64,000 nt of DNA from Gammaproteobacteria bacterium (lineage in GTDB: Bacteria > Pseudomonadota > Gammaproteobacteria > Natronospirales > REEB76): assembly GCA_028870845.1 (NCBI GenBank), contig JAGWOR010000001.1, forward strand, positions 58,770 through 122,769, given 5' to 3'. The translations under genes were made by a program, and so were the position numbers. The notes beneath the pieces are model-generated. The model did no database searches, was not told the origin of the DNA, and worked only from the letters and a program-made list of their open reading frames with translations. The stretch's first letter is position 1; each line of letters opens with the position of its first letter. Positions 32,061-38,236 of this stretch are shown here, piece after piece.

Positions 32061-32903
32061 ATGCATAAGCACCCGGGTGCGCTGTATGTGGTGGCCACGC
32101 CCATCGGAAATCTTGATGACCTGACGCCGCGGGCGCAGCGCACCCTGGCGGAGGTGGGATTGGTGGCTGCCGAGGACACCCGCCATACAAGCGTGCTGCT
32201 GAATCATTTTGGCATCCACACACCGCTGATCTCCCTGCATGAGCACAATGAGGGCGAAAAAACGCCGGCTCTGGTGGTGCAACTGCTGCAGGGGGTTTCC
32301 ATCGCCCTGGTATCGGATGCCGGCACACCGCTGATCAGTGATCCTGGATTTGATCTGGTGCGCAAGGCCCGATCCGCCGGTATCCGCGTGATACCAGTCC
32401 CCGGGGCCTGCGCATTGGTGACGGCGTTGTCGGCCAGCGGATTGCCGACGGATCGTTTTGTATTTGAAGGCTTCCTGCCTGCGAAGTCCACGGCCCGCAG
32501 GAAGCGGTTGAATGATCTGGCGACGGAATCGCGAACCCTGGTTTTTTACGAATCGGTGCACCGCCTGGCAGAATCCTTGGCGGATATGTCGGTTACCATC
32601 GGCGCTGCCCGGCAAGCCGTCATCGCCCGCGAATTGACCAAGCTGCATGAGGAATTACGTGCTGGCAGCCTGGAGGAGCTGGCGCGCTGGGCGGAAACAG
32701 CTCCCGAGGCGCGGCTTGGGGAGGCGGTGATCTTGGTAAGCGGTGCTCCACCACAGGCACAAAGCTGGCAGGCGGATGCCGTGTTGCAACCGTTACTGGA
32801 GCTGATGCCTGTAAGCCAGGCGGCGGAAACCGCGGCCCGCATCACCGGGATGAACAAGAACCAGCTATATAAACGCGCCTTGCAGCTTGCCGGCTCGCGT
32901 TAG
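32061..32903 (+). CDS. rsmI: 16S rRNA (cytidine1402-2'-O)-methyltransferase RsmI
   Basis: The sequence is GALYVVATPIGNLDDLTPRAQRTLAEVGLVAAEDTRHT. ATG 32061 has AGGAG 8 nt upstream. The ORF is open to 32034. Confidence 0.93.
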   Translation: MHKHPGALYVVATPIGNLDDLTPRAQRTLAEVGLVAAEDTRHTSVLLNHFGIHTPLISLHEHNEGEKTPALVVQLLQGVSIALVSDAGTPLISDPGFDLVRKARSAGIRVIPVPGACALVTALSASGLPTDRFVFEGFLPAKSTARRKRLNDLATESRTLVFYESVHRLAESLADMSVTIGAARQAVIARELTKLHEELRAGSLEELARWAETAPEARLGEAVILVSGAPPQAQSWQADAVLQPLLELMPVSQAAETAARITGMNKNQLYKRALQLAGSR

Positions 32904-33069
32904 ACAAGGCTTCTGACTTGCCGGTCTACACGGGCTGTGTTCATAAACGGTTGCCCGTGCCCTGTGTATGCGTTTTATGCGTAACTCAGTTTGCCATCGC
33001 TGATGTCAGGACATGGATGCGCGGCTCGGATCCCTACCCAAAACAGCCGCTTACGGTATCATTGCCGTT

Positions 33070-33427
33070 GGAGTCGGCCGGACAGTCGCTGCGTACGCGC
33101 AGAGGAAAGTCCGGACTCCGCAGGACGAGGTGCCAGGTAACACCTGGGGGGCGCGAGCCCACGGAAAGTGCCACAGAAAACATACCGCCGATGGCCTTCG
33201 GGCTCAGGTAAGGGTGAAATGGTGCGGTAAGAGCGCACCGCGCGGCGGGTAACCGTTCGCGGCACGGAAAACCCCACCTGGAGCAAGACCAAATAGGGGA
33301 GCAGCGGGTTACGACCCGCACATGTGGATCCGCATGGCTTCCGGGTAGGTCGCTTGAGGTGCACGGTGACGTGCATCCCAGATGAATGGCTGTCCTCGAC
33401 AGAACCCGGCTTACAGGCCGACTCCTT
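33070..33427 (+). ncRNA. rnpB: RNase P RNA, bacterial type A
   Basis: Universally conserved blocks are read directly from the sequence: GAGGAAAGTCCGGACTCC, GGTAAGGGTGAAATGGTGCGGTAAGAGCGCACCG, AGATGAATGGCTGTCC and ACAGAACCCGGCTTA. The terminal P1 pairing is GGAGTCGGCC/GGCCGACTCC. The ends are accurate to within a few nt. Confidence 0.95.
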
Positions 33428-33665
33428 TTCCTTAAATTTCTTCCTTACTTTTTTAATTGTAGCCACCGTCGGTCACAAGAATGTGGTGCTGACCTTGTCA
33501 TTGGAAACCCTGCGGCTTTCTGAGACGCTTGATTCGATACGAAAGTTTTTGGGAGGCTTACAGAAGCGGTAAATTACGACTCGTAATCGATAGCCTATCT
33601 ATATGATTATATTGGATTTTCTGTTATTTCGAAGCAATATTAATTGGGATCGTGGTTGAAGACGC

Positions 33666-33692
33666 AAAACCCGCCTTTATGGGGCGGGTTTT
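33666..33692. terminator. bidirectional rho-independent terminator-like hairpin
   Basis: The sequence AAAACCCGCC-TTTATGG-GGCGGGTTTT is a GC stem flanked by an A-run and a T-run, so it could function on either strand. Confidence 0.6.
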
Positions 33693-33858
33693 GGTAGATA
33701 CCAGCTAACTTGTGTGGGTATCAGAAACACCTGATTTAGACGCAGCAAAATTTCGTCGTTTGCGGCCATGAGCCAGATATTCATGGAATTAGGGGTCCTG
33801 CCCCAATGAGGGCGATCTGGGATTCGGCTGCGCAGGGTAGCGGTTCCCACCAGATCCC

Positions 33859-33887
33859 TTGACAAAGTGTATTTTATACACTATCTT
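33859..33887 (+). promoter_or_regulatory. sigma70-type promoter of the islet operon
   Basis: TTGACA (33859-33864), a 17-nt spacer, then TATCTT (33882-33887). It lies 35 nt upstream of the first ATG. Confidence 0.6.
33866..33882 (+). promoter_or_regulatory. palindromic operator 1 (NrtR-type, GT-N7-AC core)
   Basis: AGTGTAT-TTT-ATACACT has perfect 7-nt inverted arms. It fills the spacer between -35 and -10. Confidence 0.6.
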
Positions 33888-33890
33888 GTA

Positions 33891-33907
33891 AGCGTATTTA
33901 GTACACT
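33891..33907 (+). promoter_or_regulatory. palindromic operator 2 (imperfect copy of operator 1)
   Basis: AGCGTATTTAGTACACT matches operator 1 at 14 of 17 positions and keeps the GT-N7-AC core. It lies 25 bp downstream, and both copies are followed by ATCT. Confidence 0.5.
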
Positions 33908-33922
33908 ATCTAGGGATCGACA

Positions 33923-34591
33923 ATGGCCTACACATACGAATATCCCCATCTGGCGGTCACCACCGATGTAGCAGTCTTTACCCTTCAGAAAGGCGAACTG
34001 CATGTACTTTTGATCCGCCGGGGAAATGATCCTTTCAGGGGCGCCTGGGCTCTTCCCGGGGGCTTTGTCCGGCCTGAGGAGGGTTTGGAAGATTGCGCTC
34101 GACGGGAGTTGGAGGAGGAGACCGGCGTTTCCGGGTTTTATCTGGAGCAGCTCTATACCTTTGGGGCGGTACAACGGGACCCCCGGGAACGAGTCCTCAC
34201 CGTCGCCTATTTCGCGCTCATTCCCAGCGACCGGGTGGTTCTCAAGGCCAGTGCCGACGCCGATGCGGTCGCCTGGTTCCCGGCGAATCGCCTTCCGGAA
34301 CTCGCTTTCGATCACCGAGATATCTTGAAGGCGGCACGAGAGCGCCTGGCCGCCAAGCTCGATTACTCCACCATCGCCTTCCAATTCATGCCGGCGGTTT
34401 TCACCTTAAGCGAACTCCAGACGGTCTATGAAACCATCAAGGGCGAGAAGCTCGACAAGCGAAATTTCCGCAAATCCATCCTCGCACTCAAAAGGCTTGA
34501 AACCACCGGCAAATATAAACGCGAGGGTGCGCACCGTCCCGCCATGCTGTATCGGATCAAGGCCCGTAAGGGCGTTGAAATCATCAAATGA
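33923..34591 (+). CDS. NrtR-family protein: Nudix hydrolase domain + C-terminal winged-helix DNA-binding domain
   Basis: 222 aa. The Nudix box is intact: G-FVRPE-E-GLEDCAR-RE-L-E-EE-T-G-V (nt 34061-34129). The C-terminal domain DYSTIAFQFMPAVFTLSELQTVYETIKGEKLDKRNFRKSILAL...AMLYR is typical of NrtR. Confidence 0.8.
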   Translation: MAYTYEYPHLAVTTDVAVFTLQKGELHVLLIRRGNDPFRGAWALPGGFVRPEEGLEDCARRELEEETGVSGFYLEQLYTFGAVQRDPRERVLTVAYFALIPSDRVVLKASADADAVAWFPANRLPELAFDHRDILKAARERLAAKLDYSTIAFQFMPAVFTLSELQTVYETIKGEKLDKRNFRKSILALKRLETTGKYKREGAHRPAMLYRIKARKGVEIIK

Positions 34592-34618
34592 ACACAGCTC
34601 AATCTAGGGAGAACTACC

Positions 34619-35638
34619 ATGTTTGGATTCAAATACCATAAAGCTTCACCCAATACCTATATTCTGCAGTTCAGAAACGGCCGCCCGGTGCGTGAAGGTT
34701 CGGGGCTGTCATTTTTCTACTTCGCCCCCAGTTCCTCACTGGTGGCAGTGCCCATGCAGTCATTGGAAGCCCCGTTCATGTTTCAGGATGTGAGCCGGGA
34801 TTTTCAGGACGTCACGATCCAGGGGCAGGTGAGTTTTCGGGTAACCGATCCCAAAAAGATCGCTGCCATGATGAACTTCACCCTGAAAAAAGACGCATCC
34901 GGCTGGATCGCCGAAGATCCGGTGAAAGTGCCCCAGAAGGTCATCAATGCCGTCCAGGTACAGGTAAAGAGCATCCTGCACACCCTGACCCTGGAAGAGA
35001 TCCTGCGCGGCACCGACCAGATCGTACGCACAGTCAGTACAAACCTGCACAAGGCGGAAGGCTTGTTGCAACTCGGTATCGAAATATCGGACTTTTCGAT
35101 CCTAGCCATCAAACCAAAGCCTGAGACCTCCAAGGCACTGGAGGCTAAGGTACGGGAAGCGATCCTCAAGGAAGCGGACGATGCGGTCTATGGGCGGCGG
35201 AATTCGGCGATCGAGCAGGAGCGGGCGGTCAAGGAAAACGAGCTTAAGACTGAGATTGCCGTGGAGCAGAAAAAGCGCGAAATCCGTGAAACCCAGATGG
35301 ATGCCGAACGTGCGGTGCTGGGGAAACGCCAGCAAATCCAGGATCAGGAGATGAAAGGCAAAATCAAACTTGAGGAGAAGAACAAGAGCCTGGTGCAACT
35401 CTCGGCCGAGAACGCCAAGAAGCAGGCAGATGCCAAGGCTTATTTCCTAGAGGCTATTATGAAGTCGGTGGCGGATGCAGACCCCAAAGTCCTGCAGGCG
35501 CTGACCCTGGGCTCGGCGGATCCCGCATCCATCATTGCCTTGGCATTCCAGGGACTGGCGGACAATGCCTCCAAGGTGGGCGAGCTGAATATATCGCCCG
35601 ATCTTCTGCAGCACCTCCTCAAGAAAAAGGCCGCCTGA
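34619..35638 (+). CDS. SPFH/Band-7 domain protein with a flotillin-like coiled coil and no predicted TM segment
   Basis: 339 aa. The N-terminal SPFH-like core contains VSFRVTDPKK and EISDFSILAIKP, followed by a roughly 100-aa E/K/Q/A-rich heptad region. I found no hydrophobic stretch long enough to span a membrane. AGGGAGA lies upstream as an RBS. Confidence 0.7.
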   Translation: MFGFKYHKASPNTYILQFRNGRPVREGSGLSFFYFAPSSSLVAVPMQSLEAPFMFQDVSRDFQDVTIQGQVSFRVTDPKKIAAMMNFTLKKDASGWIAEDPVKVPQKVINAVQVQVKSILHTLTLEEILRGTDQIVRTVSTNLHKAEGLLQLGIEISDFSILAIKPKPETSKALEAKVREAILKEADDAVYGRRNSAIEQERAVKENELKTEIAVEQKKREIRETQMDAERAVLGKRQQIQDQEMKGKIKLEEKNKSLVQLSAENAKKQADAKAYFLEAIMKSVADADPKVLQALTLGSADPASIIALAFQGLADNASKVGELNISPDLLQHLLKKKAA

Positions 35639-35639
35639 G

Positions 35640-36575
35640 ATGGACCCGCTGCAGAACAAGATCGTTCTGGTTACACGGCACACGCGGCTCGAGGATCTGG
35701 TGGCCCGGTTCAATACGTTGGAACAGGCCAAGTTCTATGTAGAGCACCTGGGGGCGGACTTCTCCGACTATGAGGTTGAAGACCGTACCTACCACCAAGT
35801 CATTACCGAGGCCGAGAAAGTCCTGGTGAGATTCGGGCGGGTGCAACGCCTGGATCGTGCCTTTTTGCCGAACTTCATCTTTCCACAGCACACACCGGTG
35901 GTGGTTATCGGACAGGACGGGCTGGTGGCCAATACACTGAAGTACCTCCAAGGACAGCCTATCGTTGCGGTGAACCCGGATCCCGCCCGCTGGGACGGTG
36001 TGCTCCTGCCGTTCAAACCTGATGATCTTGCCAAAGTGATGCCGGAAGCGCTCGCTAATAAGAGGCCTACACATAGCATTTCCATGGCCTGCGCCAAATT
36101 GAATGACGGCCAGTCACTGTATGCGGTGAACGATCTCTTCATCGGTCCGAAATCGCATGTTTCAGCTCGATATGCAATCCGGCTGGGAGATAAGACTGAA
36201 CACCACTCTTCCAGCGGCATCATCGTTTCTACCGGACTGGGTTCATCAGGCTGGTTCAGGAGTGTGCTGACCGGTGCCTGCCACATCGCTGCCGGCTCTG
36301 CCGCAAAGGAGATCAATATGCTGCGTGAACAGGGGTTTGCTTGGGAATCGCCCTATCTATATTTTTCAGTTCGCGAACCGTTTCCGAGCAATGTGACAGG
36401 CACCGATCTCGTGTTTGGCAAAGTAGATGCAGAAACACCGTTGCGAATCGTGTCCGAGATGCCGGATTACGGCGTGATTTTCAGTGACGGCATTGAGGCG
36501 GATTTCATGGAGTTTAATTCGGGTATGGAGGCGCGGATCGAACCGGCAGATCGCACGGGTCTTCTGATCAATTAA
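35640..36575 (+). CDS. NAD kinase-fold (ATP-NAD kinase/COG3199-like) protein, divergent
   Basis: 311 aa. VVVIGQDGLVANT aligns with the NADK GGDG motif, AVNDLFIG with the NE/D motif, and SSGIIVSTGLGSSGW with DGLIVSTPTGSTAY. It starts 1 nt after the SPFH stop codon. Confidence 0.65.
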   Translation: MDPLQNKIVLVTRHTRLEDLVARFNTLEQAKFYVEHLGADFSDYEVEDRTYHQVITEAEKVLVRFGRVQRLDRAFLPNFIFPQHTPVVVIGQDGLVANTLKYLQGQPIVAVNPDPARWDGVLLPFKPDDLAKVMPEALANKRPTHSISMACAKLNDGQSLYAVNDLFIGPKSHVSARYAIRLGDKTEHHSSSGIIVSTGLGSSGWFRSVLTGACHIAAGSAAKEINMLREQGFAWESPYLYFSVREPFPSNVTGTDLVFGKVDAETPLRIVSEMPDYGVIFSDGIEADFMEFNSGMEARIEPADRTGLLIN

Positions 36576-36598
36576 TCCAACAATCTTGTGCTAAATCC

Positions 36599-37165
36599 AT
36601 GACCGATATCCGCACCTCCCAAAGTTCACCGCTCCGGATTGATGGCATTGTCGTCAATAATCGCGGTGGCGAAGTAGGCATGACACTCTGTCCGGGGAAA
36701 CAGGGCCCAAGCATCTATGATGCATCCTGGGCTCGTAATCTCGGTGAAGACATTCGAACGATCAAGGAATGGGGCGCCGTGTCACTGGTCACGCTCATGG
36801 AACTCCAAGAGCTATCACTTTTCGGTGTACCAGGGCTGGGAGATGCTGCGCGTAGAGCCGGCTTGAACTGGCTTCATCTGCCGATTCGGGACGGGGAGGT
36901 ACCGGATACACGCTTCGAAAAGTTATGGTCTGATGTAGCCGCATCGCTTCTACGTGAGCTGGGTGCGGGACAGCGGGTGGTAATACACTGTCGCGGCGGC
37001 TTGGGTAGGACAGGACTTGTCTCGGGAATGCTATTAGTTGAGCTGGGTGAAATACCGGGTAAAGCCCTGTATCGGGTGCGTAAAAGCAGACCGGGTGCTG
37101 TTGAGACGGCTGAACAAGAAAGGTACCTGATGTCTTATCGGCCGATTGTCTATAATCAAAACTGA
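36599..37165 (+). CDS. Cys-based phosphatase (PTP/dual-specificity/CDKN3-like fold)
   Basis: 188 aa. The P-loop is VVIHCRGGLGRTG (HCX5R; the Cys codon is at 36989-36991). An upstream LHLPIRDGEVPD is a candidate general-acid loop. Confidence 0.75.
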   Translation: MTDIRTSQSSPLRIDGIVVNNRGGEVGMTLCPGKQGPSIYDASWARNLGEDIRTIKEWGAVSLVTLMELQELSLFGVPGLGDAARRAGLNWLHLPIRDGEVPDTRFEKLWSDVAASLLRELGAGQRVVIHCRGGLGRTGLVSGMLLVELGEIPGKALYRVRKSRPGAVETAEQERYLMSYRPIVYNQN

Positions 37166-37201
37166 GTCCAAAGCTGGATCTTCCATCAACTGGTGTTTGA
37201 C

Positions 37202-37483
37202 ATGCGTAAATCGAAAAAGCAAAAGTCCACACATGTTGATACTGAATTAGCGCATTTGGTTAAAAGCATGCAATCTAAAACGGCTCGTAAAGCGAGTCGC
37301 TCCGTATCAAAGGCAACCCCAGATGAGCTCGCTGATGCGGCTCGCAAATATAGATTGAACGAGAAAGCCATGTATCAGCTACAGGAATTACAGGCTATAG
37401 CTTCTAAACACAAGGGAAAACATAATACATCCATAGTGGATGAATTGATTAATGAACGCAGGCGGGATGCAAAATCTGAATAG
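37202..37483 (+). CDS. hypothetical small basic protein
   Basis: 93 aa from ATG 37202 (96 aa from GTG 37193). The N-terminus is Lys/Ser-rich and the C-terminus looks helical. GC is about 42%, lower than the four upstream genes. I recognise no family. Confidence 0.35.
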   Translation: MRKSKKQKSTHVDTELAHLVKSMQSKTARKASRSVSKATPDELADAARKYRLNEKAMYQLQELQAIASKHKGKHNTSIVDELINERRRDAKSE

Positions 37484-38150
37484 CAATACTTATTCCGGCT
37501 GAGAATCACCACCTATGTCTTATCTTAAAATCGTCGCTAATCCAGGTGGGGAAACCGTCAGCGATTACAGTTGACCTCATCACCATCGCAGACCAGTCGA
37601 TCACGCTACACCAGCGCGGGTCCAATACGCTGTGCGTGGCGAGGATTTTGGTAATCGACCGGGATGCTGTCAACGGCAACTAAAAATGTCCCCTAGTTTT
37701 CGCCCGTTTCGACCTCGGTGGGGCGCTCGGATTTGGGCGATTTGCCGAGCAGCCCCGTTGAATACCGCGAGAGCCTTGGCTTGGTGGCATAAATCAGTCC
37801 AAGAAATTGTCCGCACCCCCCGGAATTTGCATCAGCGTTTGACCCAGATAAAGCATCCCAGAGCCTGTAGCATCACTGGTAGTAGGTGATTTAGCCGGTT
37901 CAATGTTTAATGCAATTATCTGGGGTTATTTGCTCATATTTCGATGCAATTCAACAGTCGATTCATCAATTAGGGGTTTAGTGCAAACAATAAGGGGTTC
38001 GCGACACAGACCCATAAAGACCCTAAGGGCTTAAAGTGCCATCGAAGATGATTTTATAAGCCATTGATATTCAATTCTTTATTTCTCACAAATTGCTGCC
38101 ATTTTTGTTTCTAAGTCCCTGTCCCGCAAGCATTTTTTTGTATTTTGCCC

Positions 38151-38179
38151 TTGACGATGGGCAAACAGCTTCCTATAGT
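38151..38179 (+). promoter_or_regulatory. dcw cluster promoter (Pmra-like)
   Basis: TTGACG (38151-38156), a 17-nt spacer, then TATAGT (38174-38179). It lies 58 nt upstream of the mraZ ATG. Confidence 0.7.
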
Positions 38180-38183
38180 GTGC

Positions 38184-38213
38184 GTGGGTGGGAAAAAGTG
38201 GAATGAAATGGGA
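38184..38213 (+). promoter_or_regulatory. putative MraZ operator (TGGGN direct repeats with 10-nt periodicity)
   Basis: GTGGG is at 38184, and TGGGA, TGGAA and TGGGA are at 38189, 38199 and 38209. They lie just downstream of the -10 box, which resembles the GTGGG repeat operator described for E. coli MraZ. Confidence 0.55.
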
Positions 38214-38236
38214 CAAACAGGCATTACGGTGGGCGC

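Larger units (their letters stand above)
33428..38150. other. lower-GC inserted islet between rnpB and the mraZ promoter
   Basis: Hand counts of 60-nt samples give about 38-60% GC inside the islet and about 65-72% in the flanking dcw genes. The islet carries accessory genes and about 1.1 kb of AT-rich, ORF-poor DNA. I found no integrase and no clear flanking direct repeats. Confidence 0.65.

Noticed and set aside
33059-33572. ORFs of 135 aa (minus), 95 aa (minus), 82 aa (plus) and others across 33013-33572.
   Set aside because: They overlap the RNase P RNA gene, whose conserved blocks and P1 pairing are unambiguous. Structured RNA genes commonly yield spurious ORFs.
33814-33856. An inverted repeat GATCTGG...CCAGATC just upstream of the islet -35 box, considered as a possible extra operator or structured element.
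   Set aside because: It has only 7 bp of perfect pairing around a 29-nt loop, and further pairing needs bulges. That is too weak to call without conservation data.
33677-33865. A 62-aa minus-strand ORF divergent from the islet promoter and ending inside the terminator hairpin.
   Set aside because: It has a TTG start with no SD, and the best internal ATG also lacks an RBS. The sequence has no recognisable features. The hairpin is explained equally well as a terminator for plus-strand read-through from rnpB.
37482-37682. A mini-ORF MSYLKIVANPGGETVSDYS (37515-37574) and a 66-codon open frame after the small basic ORF, considered as a toxin-antitoxin remnant.
   Set aside because: There is no start codon for the longer frame, no PIN/RelE/other toxin motifs that I can recognise, and the lengths are below any reliable threshold. 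I mention it only as possible gene decay.
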